Shown here piece after piece: positions 10,256 through 19,482 of a DNA stretch of 64,000 bases. The notes beneath the pieces are model-generated. The model made no database searches and was not told where the DNA came from. It worked only from the letters and a program-made list of their open reading frames with translations. The stretch lies in the NCBI GenBank assembly GCA_902806055.1, contig CADCVD010000154.1:2914-66913 (forward strand), in the 5' to 3' direction. The position numbers and the translations under genes are program-made. The stretch is from an uncultured Rubrobacteraceae bacterium (GTDB taxonomy: Bacteria; Actinomycetota; Rubrobacteria; Rubrobacterales; Rubrobacteraceae). Every line of letters starts with the position of its first letter. The stretch's first letter is position 1.

Positions 10256-11647
10256 TTAGCGGCGAGCGAGGGAGGCGAACTTGGTGTACTGCTCCAGCCA
10301 GGCGAGTTGCACCTTGCCGGTAGGGCCGTTGCGGTGCTTGCCGATGATGACCTCGGCGATTCCCTTATCGTCGGAGTCGGGGTTGTAGTATTCGTCGCGG
10401 TAGAGGAACATCACCATGTCCGCGTCCTGCTCTATAGAACCGCTGTCTCTAAGGTCCGAGAGAAGGGGGCGCTTGTCGTGGCGCTGCTCGACGGCGCGGC
10501 TGAGCTGAGCGATGGCGAGGACCGGCACGTTCAGGTCCCGCGCGAGGACCTTCAAGCCGCGGCTGATCTCCGCTATCTCCTGCTGGCGATTCTCGCGGTT
10601 ACCGCCCATCATGAGCTGCAAATAGTCTATGACCACCATCGAGAGCGGGGCGCCGGCCTCCCCGTCGCTCGCCTGGGCGCTGAGACGGCTCGCCAGACGC
10701 CGCACCTTCGCCCGCATCTCCATGAGGGTTATGCCGGCGCTATCGTCAATCCAGATCGGGGCCCGGCTAACCTCCGCCACCCCGCGCACGAGCTTGGGCC
10801 AGTCTTCGGCCTTCACGTTGCCGCTCCGCAAGTCCTGCGTCCTGATCCGTGTGGTCTGCGAGATGAGCCGCTGCACGAGCTGCTCCTTGCTCATCTCCAG
10901 CGAGAATATCGCCACCGGCAACTTCTTGACGCCGGCCGCGTGCCAGATCGCGTTCAAAGCGAACGCGGTTTTCCCCATAGCTGGTCTAGCCGCTAGTATG
11001 ACGAGGTCGCTCTTGTGGAGGCCGGTGGTGAGGCGGTCGAGGTCCTCGAAGCCGGACTCCACACCGGTGACCTCGCCCTCTTGCTCGTAGAGCCGCTGTA
11101 TCATCTCTAGGGTGCCGGGAGCGAGCTCGGAGACGGGCGAGAGGTGCTCTTTTAGCTGGCGGTTGGAGACGCCGTAGATTAGCTGCTCGGCGGCGTCCAG
11201 AGCCTGCATAACGTCGTCGGGCTCGTCGAAGGCCTCTTGCTGGATGCGGCTTCCGGCGTCTATGACCGCCCGAAGCAGGGCCTTGCCGCGCACGATCTCC
11301 GCGTACCTGGCGGCGTTGGCCGCCGTCGGGACGCTCTCGACCATCCGGAAGACGTAGGAGCGCCCCCCGATCCGGTCGAGCTCGCCTAAACTGCGTAACT
11401 CGTTGGTCAGGGTGAGCTGGTCTATAGGCTCGCCTCGCGAGTAAAGACGCATCATAGCCCCGTACAACACCCGGTGCGTCTCGGAGTAGAAGTCCTGAGC
11501 GACTAGAGTCTCGCCCACTACAGAGACGGCCGCCTCAGAGACGAGCATTGCCCCAATCACGGCCCGCTCAGCGTCGAGGTCGTTCGGGGGGACGCGGGTG
11601 GCCTCGGCCCCCGTCGGTATGCTCCGGATCCTCCCCCTGCTCTCCAT
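10256..11647 (-). CDS. dnaB: Replicative DNA helicase
   Basis: AARPAMGKT, FSLEM, IDYLQL, QLSR, LRDSGSIEQDAD, KHRNG; start ATG 11647 chosen from TTGTAA-N17-CATGCT-N7-ATG leaderless promoter. Confidence 0.97.
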   Translation of the reverse strand: MESRGRIRSIPTGAEATRVPPNDLDAERAVIGAMLVSEAAVSVVGETLVAQDFYSETHRVLYGAMMRLYSRGEPIDQLTLTNELRSLGELDRIGGRSYVFRMVESVPTAANAARYAEIVRGKALLRAVIDAGSRIQQEAFDEPDDVMQALDAAEQLIYGVSNRQLKEHLSPVSELAPGTLEMIQRLYEQEGEVTGVESGFEDLDRLTTGLHKSDLVILAARPAMGKTAFALNAIWHAAGVKKLPVAIFSLEMSKEQLVQRLISQTTRIRTQDLRSGNVKAEDWPKLVRGVAEVSRAPIWIDDSAGITLMEMRAKVRRLASRLSAQASDGEAGAPLSMVVIDYLQLMMGGNRENRQQEIAEISRGLKVLARDLNVPVLAIAQLSRAVEQRHDKRPLLSDLRDSGSIEQDADMVMFLYRDEYYNPDSDDKGIAEVIIGKHRNGPTGKVQLAWLEQYTKFASLARR

Positions 11648-11659
11648 GCCGAACAGCAT

Positions 11660-11696
11660 GCAACAGAAAGGGCCCCGTTACAAGACGAGGCCCTTT
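11660..11696 (-). terminator. Intrinsic terminator-like hairpin after rplI, overlapping the dnaB promoter
   Basis: AAAGGGCCTCGT-cttgta-ACGGGGCCCTTT followed by CTGTT on the minus strand. Confidence 0.65.
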
Positions 11697-11747
11697 AGGC
11701 TGTGGTTCAGGTTACGACTAAAGCTGTGCTTTAGCTGCAGGCTTCCC

Positions 11748-12197
11748 CTACAGCTTCGGGACGACGATGACTTTGACGCTAGCCTCGACGTCGCCATGGA
11801 CCTGAATCGGGACTTGGTGCGTGCCGAGTGACTTTATCGGCTCGTCCAGCCTGATCCTGCGGCGGTCGACGCGCACGCCGCGGGCTTTCTCGATGGCGGA
11901 GGCTATGTTGGCTGCGGTTACGGAGCCGAAGAGGCGCTCGTCCTCGCCGGTACGGGCCTCGATGGTTATGACGCTCTTGTTCAGCGTCGCGGCGACCTCG
12001 CCGGCCCGCTCGGCCATGCGCCGGTCGCGTTCCTCGGCCTCCTCCATCTCGCGGCGGACCTCTTCGAGCCTTCCGGGGGTCGCCATCTCGGCGAGGCCGC
12101 GCGGCACGAGGAAGTTCCGGACGTAGCCGCGGCTCACGTCCACAATCTCGCCGCGTTGCCCGATCTTCTCGACGTCCTGCTTGAGGATTACCTGCAT
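11748..12197 (-). CDS. rplI: 50S ribosomal protein L9
   Basis: MQVILKQDV..IG..GEIVDV.RGYVRNFLVPRGLA; LFGSVT. Confidence 0.97.
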   Translation of the reverse strand: MQVILKQDVEKIGQRGEIVDVSRGYVRNFLVPRGLAEMATPGRLEEVRREMEEAEERDRRMAERAGEVAATLNKSVITIEARTGEDERLFGSVTAANIASAIEKARGVRVDRRRIRLDEPIKSLGTHQVPIQVHGDVEASVKVIVVPKL

Positions 12198-12210
12198 GAC
12201 TAGCTCCCCC

Positions 12211-12465
12211 TTATCGCCCGGCTACGTAGGGCAGTAGCGCCATCTCGCGCGCCCGCTTTATCGCGACAGCCGCCTCGCGCTGGTGCTGCGGGCAGAGTCC
12301 CGTCACCCTGCGAGCCCGGATCTTGCCGCGATCCGAGACAAACCTGCGCAGCATGTTGTAGTCCTTGTAGTCTACGTAAGCTATGTCTTCCTTGTGGAAG
12401 ACGCACGGCTTCGCCTTGACCGGTCGCTCGCGGCGCGACCCTCCGCTCCTTCTCCTTGCGCCCAT
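12211..12465 (-). CDS. rpsR: 30S ribosomal protein S18
   Basis: VDYKD...[32 protein letters not shown]. Confidence 0.97.
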   Translation of the reverse strand: MGARRRSGGSRRERPVKAKPCVFHKEDIAYVDYKDYNMLRRFVSDRGKIRARRVTGLCPQHQREAAVAIKRAREMALLPYVAGR

Positions 12466-12493
12466 CTAAACTCCTCTCTCTAACAAAGGTTCT

Positions 12494-12829
12494 CTAGGCC
12501 GAAGCCTCGACCGGTTCCTCGGGCAACGGCTTGTGAGCATACGTGGGGGGAAGCTTCACGATGATATGCCGCAGGATATCGTCCGAGACGCGCAGAATGC
12601 GCTTTAGCTCGGTCAGCGTCCGTTCGCCCACGGTGAATTGCATGACGTAATAGAAGCCGTCAGCCCGGTGGTCGATCTCATAAGCCAGCTTCCGCCGGCC
12701 CCAGTTGTTAACCTCGCTGACCTCGCCGCCCGTGCGCTCGATAATGGTCTGGAAACGCCCGACGGTGCTCTCGACCTGCTCCTCATCAAGCTCGGGGATA
12801 ACTATGAGCATGGCCTCGTAAGTGTCTAT
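12494..12829 (-). CDS. rpsF: 30S ribosomal protein S6; apparent ATA start at 12829
   Basis: (M)DTYEAMLIVIPEL...WGRRKLAYEI...G.Y; GGAGGAGG SD 6 nt before ATA; the ORF-track start 12811 drops the conserved YE motif. Confidence 0.93.
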   Translation of the reverse strand: MDTYEAMLIVIPELDEEQVESTVGRFQTIIERTGGEVSEVNNWGRRKLAYEIDHRADGFYYVMQFTVGERTLTELKRILRVSDDILRHIIVKLPPTYAHKPLPEEPVEASA

Positions 12830-12835
12830 TTTGTG

Positions 12836-12894
12836 CCTCCTCCGGTCTCTTACGGCTCGCGATCTACGGAAGGCTCCGTTCGGCGAGCAGGGGC
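12836..12894 (-). promoter_or_regulatory. S6:S18 ribosomal protein leader RNA
   Basis: CCCCU-GCUCGC...GCGAGC-CG-UAAGAGACC-GGAGG: stem followed by a CCG motif, 5' pyrimidines able to pair with the SD; TGnTACACT promoter at 12923-12915. Confidence 0.7.
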
Positions 12895-12974
12895 TTATAG
12901 GATTTGTTCGTTGAGTGTACCAATCGGGGGGCCTGGTTACAAACCGTCGTCACCGCCGGGGATATACTCTTCGC

Positions 12975-13721
12975 GTGCAAGACGGGGAAAAGATCGTCAG
13001 CGTCGAGAGCCTGGAGAAGGTCTACGGAACGGGGCCGACGGCGGTACGGGCGCTCAAGGGCGTCTCCTTAGGATTTGGGGCGGGAGAGTTCGCGGCGATC
13101 ATGGGCCCTAGCGGATCGGGGAAGAGCACGCTGCTGCACATCCTCGGAGCGCTAGAAGAGCCGACCTCGGGGCGAGTAATCGTTGGTAAGACCGACCTCT
13201 CAGGACTCTCGGACAGGAAGCTGACGCTCTTGCGGCGGGCGAGAATGGGGTTCGTCTTCCAGTTCTTCAACCTGATCCCGACGCTCACCGCCGAGGAGAA
13301 CGTGATGCTGCCGGTCTTGATCTCCGGCGAGAAGGCCGCCGCCTACCGGGAACACCTGGACGACCTCCTCGCCCTCGTCGGTCTCGAAGAGAGACGCGGT
13401 CACCGGCCCGACGAGCTCTCAGGCGGTGAGCAGCAGCGCGTGGCGATAGCCCGCGCCCTTGTCCGCAACCCCGACTTAGTCTTGGCCGACGAGCCGACCG
13501 GCAATCTGGATTCGAAGACCGGGAGCAGCGTGCTGGACCTCCTGCGCGAATCGGCTGCCCGCTACGGTCAGACTATCGTTATGGTCACCCACGATCCCCG
13601 CGCCGCCGCCGTCGCCGAGCGGGTCATCTTCCTCGCCGACGGGCGCGTCGTTGACGAGGCGACCAGACCGGGCGCGGACGAGATCTTCGAACGTATCAAG
13701 ACCCTGGAGTCCGCTGGCTAG
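12975..13721 (+). CDS. ABC exporter ATP-binding protein (LolD/MacB-like)
   Basis: [33 protein letters not shown]; GTG 12975 lies 6 nt after TATACT. Confidence 0.92.
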   Translation: MQDGEKIVSVESLEKVYGTGPTAVRALKGVSLGFGAGEFAAIMGPSGSGKSTLLHILGALEEPTSGRVIVGKTDLSGLSDRKLTLLRRARMGFVFQFFNLIPTLTAEENVMLPVLISGEKAAAYREHLDDLLALVGLEERRGHRPDELSGGEQQRVAIARALVRNPDLVLADEPTGNLDSKTGSSVLDLLRESAARYGQTIVMVTHDPRAAAVAERVIFLADGRVVDEATRPGADEIFERIKTLESAG

Positions 13722-14105
13722 TTGGTGGAGTTAGGTCGAGCAGCCCAACGCGATCAGTAGCCGGCGCAAGATTAGTACTGGCCTTATCGTCAGCGTCGCC
13801 CCAAAGACCGATATCCGAGCCCCAGAGTGCTAGCGATGCGTCAGTCACAATCGGCAAACAACCATCACCGACATAGAGATGGTTGAACTCACGCATCGCA
13901 GGTAGCGACGCAACACTCGCGAGAACAACAAAAGGATTATGCGCCCCTCCTTATCCTCGTCCAGTTGCTTCTCTATCTTTCGTCGCGCTCCGTCCCACCG
14001 TGCCTGCTCCTGTCCCCCCTGCGCCCGTTACCTAGCCATAGCCATCCGTAAGCCTGGGGCGAGGTTCTATATGGCTGACTAGCAATAGGGTAGACTCGGC
14101 CAACC

Positions 14106-16676
14106 ATGAAGCTCAGGCGTTTCTCCGGTCTCCCCCTGCGCAACCTGCGCGCCCGAGTCCAGCGCACGCTGCTCACCACGATCGGCATCGTGCTCGGGGT
14201 TGGGATCGTCTTCGGCGTCCTGACCCTCTCGGAGACGATGTCGGGCGCCTTTAGCAACCTCTTCTCCCGCGCCTTCGGCGCCGCCGACCTGACCGTTACG
14301 GCGGCGGGCGGCAACGGCTCGTTCGACGAGGAGGTCGTCGAGAAGGTTCGCGAGCTGCCGGAGGTCGAGTCGGCCGCCCCCCGCCTCTCTCAGCCGGCCT
14401 CACTCCTTCTTTCGGAACTCGACGAGAACGGGCTGCCACAGGTCAAGAACCTGCGCCTCCTGGGGGTCGATCCCGAGACGGCGGCTCTGGCTACGGACTT
14501 CGAGCTCGCGGAGGGCCGCTACCCGGAGGAGGGGGCGGAGGTATCCTTGGACGAGGGCGCAGCCGACGAAGCCGGGCTCGGAGTCGGTGAGACCGTGAGG
14601 ATAGGTACGCCGGAGGGTCCGGCGGAGATGGAGGTGGTCGGGCTGCTGCGGATACCCGGAAGCTCGTTCGGAGGGCTGGCGTTCGGGCTCGCGCCGCTTC
14701 CCTACGCGCAGGAGGTCTTCGACGAGCCCGGCAGGATCACCGGCATCGCCGTCGAGGCGACGAACGACTTAGCTGTAGACGGCCTTCAGGAGAGCCTCAC
14801 AGGCGTGCTCGGGGAGGGGTTGCAGGCCGAGCGCTCCGAGACGCGGACGGGTCAGGCCAGCGCGCAGTTGCAGAGCTTCCAGATAGCGCTGCTGTTCTTC
14901 GCCGGAACTGCGCTCTTCGTCGGCGCGTTCCTGGTCTTCAACGCCCTCTCGATGACCGTACTGGAGAGGACGCGAGAGCTCGGGATGCTACGGGCTCTAG
15001 GGGCGACGCGCGCCATGATCGCGCGCTCCGTAATGTTCGAGGCGCTCGTGCTGGGTCTCGCCGGCTCCGCTCTCGGAACACTGCTCGGCTACGCGATGGC
15101 AGAGGGGCTCGTGTACCTCTTCGGCAGGGCGTACCGGTTCGAGATCACAGAGCTCATCCTCTCCCCCTTCGCGCTCGTCTCGGCGATGATCGTCGGTATC
15201 CTCATAACCGCCGTAGCCGCCCTCTACCCTGCTCTACAAGCCGGCCGCGTGAGTCCGGTAGAGGCGATGCGTGCCAGGATAGGAGGCGTGGGCGTCAACC
15301 AGGCGAAGAAGAGTAAAGGTTCACGCCGCCTGACTATCTCAGGGCTGCTGCTCATCGCGGCGGGCGCACCGTGGACCTACTACCTGGCAAAGAACCTCTC
15401 CGCGTCGCTAGACGGGCTGGTCTATGCGTCGGGGATAGCCGGGGTAGTGGGGACTTTCCTCGGGGTCTCGCTGGTAATACCCGCGCTCGTCCGACCGCTC
15501 GCGGCGCTCTTCTCGCCCGTTCTTCGCCTCTTCTTCGGGGTCGAAGGAAAGATGGCGGCGGCGAACGCCACGCGTAACAGGGGCAGGACGGCGCTAACCG
15601 CTTCGGCGCTGATGGTCGGTATCTCGCTCGTCGTGGCATTTAGCGCCCTAGGAGGTAGCGTGCTCGGCTCGATCCGGGACTACCTCGAAGGCTCCCTCGG
15701 CAGCGACTTCGTGGTCCAGCCAGCGAACGGCAACTTCGAAGCCGCCTTCTCCCCCGAACTCGAAGAGGAGATAAGCCAGATCTCCGGCGTCGAGGAGACG
15801 AGCGGCGTCGCCTCCACGTTCCGGCGGAGCGGCGATGAGGTGAACGCCGTCTTCGGGGTGGACGAGCGGTACCCGGAGATATTCCGGCTTAACTACGCCG
15901 AAGGCACGCCGCCCGACGCCTTCTCGGAGCTAGAACGGGGCGGCGCGCTCATTGGACCACAGCTTGCCGGGAAGCGAGGCCTTGCAGTAGGTTCGACCTT
16001 CGAGCTTCCGGGGCTCGAAGGGACGAAGGAATATACGGTCGCGGGCGTGGTCCAAAACGACCTCTTCGGCTTCGGAAACGGGGTCTACCTCTCCAAAGAT
16101 ACTCTTGCCAGCGACTTCGGCGAGGACTCCGATTCCTTTCTCGCCATAGAGACCGCTTCCGGCTCGGACCGGGCGGAGATCGAGGAGGAGGTTAGGGGAA
16201 CACTGCAGGACTATCCGCAACTTATGATCTACTCCAACGCAGCCTGGAAGGAGCGTATAGAGGAGGACTTCGATCGCCAGTACGTATTCTTCTACGCCAT
16301 CATGGGCGTCTCGGTCGCCGTCTCGGCCTTCGGAGTGGTGAACACGCTCTCGATGAGCGTCTTCGAGCGTACGCGCGAGATCGGTATCCTACGGGCCATC
16401 GGTACAACGCGGCTACAGGTAGGCCGTTTGATTATCTGTGAAGGGATGATCATAAGCCTCATCGGCTGCATTATCGGTACTATCGTCGGATCCCTTCTTG
16501 GCTACCTCTTCGTCCGTGGCTCCGGCGCCAACGGGTTTGAGGTCTCCTTCTACTACCCCACCGTACCGGCGCTCCTGTCGATCTTCTCCGGGCTCCTGAT
16601 CGGGGTCTTTGCCGGCCTCCTCCCCGCCCGCTCCGCGGCCAGCACGAAGATCGTCGAGGCGGTCCAGTACGAGTAG
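14106..16676 (+). CDS. ABC transporter permease, double FtsX/MacB type
   Basis: Two ERTRE.G.LRA.G.TR repeats; two periplasmic domains. Confidence 0.92.
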   Translation: MKLRRFSGLPLRNLRARVQRTLLTTIGIVLGVGIVFGVLTLSETMSGAFSNLFSRAFGAADLTVTAAGGNGSFDEEVVEKVRELPEVESAAPRLSQPASLLLSELDENGLPQVKNLRLLGVDPETAALATDFELAEGRYPEEGAEVSLDEGAADEAGLGVGETVRIGTPEGPAEMEVVGLLRIPGSSFGGLAFGLAPLPYAQEVFDEPGRITGIAVEATNDLAVDGLQESLTGVLGEGLQAERSETRTGQASAQLQSFQIALLFFAGTALFVGAFLVFNALSMTVLERTRELGMLRALGATRAMIARSVMFEALVLGLAGSALGTLLGYAMAEGLVYLFGRAYRFEITELILSPFALVSAMIVGILITAVAALYPALQAGRVSPVEAMRARIGGVGVNQAKKSKGSRRLTISGLLLIAAGAPWTYYLAKNLSASLDGLVYASGIAGVVGTFLGVSLVIPALVRPLAALFSPVLRLFFGVEGKMAAANATRNRGRTALTASALMVGISLVVAFSALGGSVLGSIRDYLEGSLGSDFVVQPANGNFEAAFSPELEEEISQISGVEETSGVASTFRRSGDEVNAVFGVDERYPEIFRLNYAEGTPPDAFSELERGGALIGPQLAGKRGLAVGSTFELPGLEGTKEYTVAGVVQNDLFGFGNGVYLSKDTLASDFGEDSDSFLAIETASGSDRAEIEEEVRGTLQDYPQLMIYSNAAWKERIEEDFDRQYVFFYAIMGVSVAVSAFGVVNTLSMSVFERTREIGILRAIGTTRLQVGRLIICEGMIISLIGCIIGTIVGSLLGYLFVRGSGANGFEVSFYYPTVPALLSIFSGLLIGVFAGLLPARSAASTKIVEAVQYE

Positions 16677-16690
16677 GAGTCGACCTTTTA

Positions 16691-18112
16691 TCAACGGGAC
16701 TTCATGCTCCCGCCATGAGAAGTTGCCCCTTCATCCCAGTCGTATTCAATGAGGTGCGAGATCGAGGCAGCATAGTAGCGCAGCAATCCAGCCTCCCGCG
16801 GAGAGATGCGGTACAGATCATCCTCTTTGAGCACCATCCGACGTGCAACGAGCAGATCCAGCCCAGCCTCTACTTTTCTTTCGCCGCCGGGTAAAAGAAC
16901 TAGGACGCCTCGGCTTTCGAGGCTGGTGGTCAGGGCGCGAACGCGAGCTCGTATCTCCGAGCCTGTTAGCGCCTCCTCTAAAGAGCTAAACAGGACGTGG
17001 GCAATAGCGGGGATTGGTAGGACGGGTACGAGCTCTCCAGCGGTCCGCATGAGTTCCTGGGCCAGCATCTCTACCTCACCGGCACGCGCTTCTTCGCCCA
17101 TAGCGCGAAAGTCCAGACTTCGGGTGAACGCATAGCGGCGAGCGGAGACCGGTACGCCGAAGTTTACGACAGCGTAGGGACGGCGGTCCCAGGCGCCACT
17201 TATCGCCAGCCGGACATTGTGATAGACAAAGCACGCCGCCTGGGACAGTATCAGGCGATCATTTGGTCCCCGTGCGCCGGGCTTCAGGGAGGCGAGAAGC
17301 GTGCGATCCTCGAGGACTCGGTCGTAGTTCACGGCTACGGGTACGAAGAGGACGTCGCGATCGCTCGACGGATCGAAGCCACGCAGCATGTAGTCGAGGA
17401 GCCCAACCTTCGGCTCGCTTGGTCTCCCGTCCCGGCTGAGGCCGCCCTCCGGGAAGATCACCTGCGTCAGACCGCCCTCCACCGCCATCCGCACGAACCG
17501 CTCCAGCACGCGTCGGTGTAAAGGCTCTCCTGACCCGCGCCGCACGAAGAACGAGCCCATCGCGCTGACGAACCCTCCGATCGGCCACGCACGCGCCCAC
17601 TCCCCCGCCGCGAAGCTCAGAGCCGCCTGGTCGCGCATCAGGTGCGCTAATATCACGTAATCCAGGTTGCTCCTGTGGTTCATTACGAACACCACCGTCG
17701 CATCCCCCTCCACCCGCTCACCCTCGGAGCCAAGCCTGTAGAGCGTGCGAGACAAGAGCCCCGCCAACGGCAGGCCGACCCGGAAGTAGAGGTATGGGCT
17801 GAAGGAAGGCACTACCTCCCGCGCGTAACGCTCCGCCCGACGCATAACCTCAGCTTTAGGCTCACCATGCTCCCGTGCGTGTATCTCTACCGCCTCCAGC
17901 ACCGCCGGATCGGCCATTAGGCGGTCCACGACGTCTCGACTGCGCGCCAGCTTGAAGTCTGGCAGCCTGAGGGTGAGCCGTCGTTCGGCGTCCTCGATAG
18001 CACGCTGTCGAAGTGAACGCCGGATACCGAACAACAGTGCCTTCAGCGCATTAGGAGCGACTAGCGCGGCTACCAATACGATCGGCCAGCCGACCGGCGG
18101 GATCTTCCTCAC
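16691..18112 (-). CDS. PlsB/GPAT/DHAPAT-like acyltransferase
   Basis: NHRSNLD (HxxxxD), FFVRR, FPEGGLSRDG, VPVAVNYDRVLE. Confidence 0.85.
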   Translation of the reverse strand: MRKIPPVGWPIVLVAALVAPNALKALLFGIRRSLRQRAIEDAERRLTLRLPDFKLARSRDVVDRLMADPAVLEAVEIHAREHGEPKAEVMRRAERYAREVVPSFSPYLYFRVGLPLAGLLSRTLYRLGSEGERVEGDATVVFVMNHRSNLDYVILAHLMRDQAALSFAAGEWARAWPIGGFVSAMGSFFVRRGSGEPLHRRVLERFVRMAVEGGLTQVIFPEGGLSRDGRPSEPKVGLLDYMLRGFDPSSDRDVLFVPVAVNYDRVLEDRTLLASLKPGARGPNDRLILSQAACFVYHNVRLAISGAWDRRPYAVVNFGVPVSARRYAFTRSLDFRAMGEEARAGEVEMLAQELMRTAGELVPVLPIPAIAHVLFSSLEEALTGSEIRARVRALTTSLESRGVLVLLPGGERKVEAGLDLLVARRMVLKEDDLYRISPREAGLLRYYAASISHLIEYDWDEGATSHGGSMKSR

Positions 18113-18191
18113 GTACTTCCTCCCACTACGACCTGCCCCTGAAGCCTCAGTATAGCCGTGCTACGCGACGGCTCGTCTCTTTACCGCCCGC

Positions 18192-19370
18192 TCAAACCTT
18201 CTCCAGGACCGCGCATTTCAAGTAACGAGTCTCGGGGACGGTGATGATCTCGGGGTGATCCAAGGCCTGCCCCCGCCACTCGCGCACCCGCATCGTGCAG
18301 CCGGCGTCGGCGGTCGCAGAGCGCAAGGTCTCCTCCATCAGCTCGCGCGAGAAGTGGTATGAGCAGGAGCAGGTAACGAGGACGCCGCCAGGGTTTAGGA
18401 GCTTTATAGCACGCAGGTTTATCTCCTTATAGGCGCGGGTCGCGCCAGGGAGGTCGCGCTTCACTTTGGCGAAGGCAGGCGGATCAAGGATAACGGCGTC
18501 GTACCGCGCCTCCGCATCGGACCGCTCGCGCAAGAGATCAAAGGCGTTTGCCCGGGTGAAGGTGATATTGTCGAGGCTGTTTAGTTCGGCGTTCTCACGA
18601 GCGTTCTCTAGCGCGTCACCGCTCGAATCAACGGCCTCCACGCTCTCCGCCGCGCGAGCGGCGTGCAGGGCGAAGCCGCCAGCGTAGGAGAAGACGTCGA
18701 GGACGCGACCGGCCCCGCCGACGTGCCGGGCGGCGGCGAGGTGGTTCTCGCGCTGATCGAGGAAACCACCGGTCTTCTGGCCTCCCCGCAGCCCGGCGCG
18801 GTAGCGCACCGGACCCTCGTGGACGACGACCGAGCCGGGGACTTCGCCGGAGAGAACCTCGACCTTGCGGTCGAGCCCCTCCCTTTTGCGGGACGCGGAG
18901 TCGCCGCGCAGCAGGACGCCGGCAGGGGCGTAGAGATCTTCGAGGGCGGCGACGATATGGTCCAGACGGCTTTCGACCGCCGCCGAGCCGGGCTGGAGAA
19001 CGAAGTAGTCGGCGTAACGGTCGATCACCAACCCGGGGACGCCGTCAGCCTCAGAGTGGAGGAGACGGTAGGCGCTGGCGTCTATCTTCAAGGATTCGCG
19101 GTACGCTCCGGCCCTCTCGATGCGGCGGCGGAACCAGGCTGCGTCGATCTCCCTATCTTCACGCTCGGCGATTCGTAAAGTGATCTCGCTCTTCGGGTTG
19201 TAGAAGGCCCGGCCGAGAAAGCGCCCGGTCCGGTCGGTAACGCGGACGACGTCGCCAGGGTCTCCGGCGGCATCGACGACGTCGGAGCGGTAGATCCAGG
19301 GGTGCCCCGAACGCGCCCGCGCCGCCCCCCTCTTCGTGAGCACGGCCGTCTTCGTCGTAGTCTCCGTCAT
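18192..19370 (-). CDS. RlmI-type SAM-dependent rRNA methyltransferase
   Basis: GHPWIY PUA domain, SEADGVPGLVIDRY, GQKTGGFLDQRENH, LDPPAF, TCSCS. Confidence 0.9.
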   Translation of the reverse strand: MTETTTKTAVLTKRGAARARSGHPWIYRSDVVDAAGDPGDVVRVTDRTGRFLGRAFYNPKSEITLRIAEREDREIDAAWFRRRIERAGAYRESLKIDASAYRLLHSEADGVPGLVIDRYADYFVLQPGSAAVESRLDHIVAALEDLYAPAGVLLRGDSASRKREGLDRKVEVLSGEVPGSVVVHEGPVRYRAGLRGGQKTGGFLDQRENHLAAARHVGGAGRVLDVFSYAGGFALHAARAAESVEAVDSSGDALENARENAELNSLDNITFTRANAFDLLRERSDAEARYDAVILDPPAFAKVKRDLPGATRAYKEINLRAIKLLNPGGVLVTCSCSYHFSRELMEETLRSATADAGCTMRVREWRGQALDHPEIITVPETRYLKCAVLEKV

Positions 19371-19482
19371 CTTCGTGTGCGCCCCTTTACCCGGTGTTCC
19401 GGTGAACCCTGCTAGCATCGTTTACGTATACTCGTGAATATACCCCCGTGCAACAGATACGGGCACAGGAGAGGCAGGCGGT

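Noticed and set aside
19410-19470. CarH/LitR operator upstream of crtI
   Set aside because: TATAC repeats are present but do not fit the 11-bp nAnnTnnACAn periodicity
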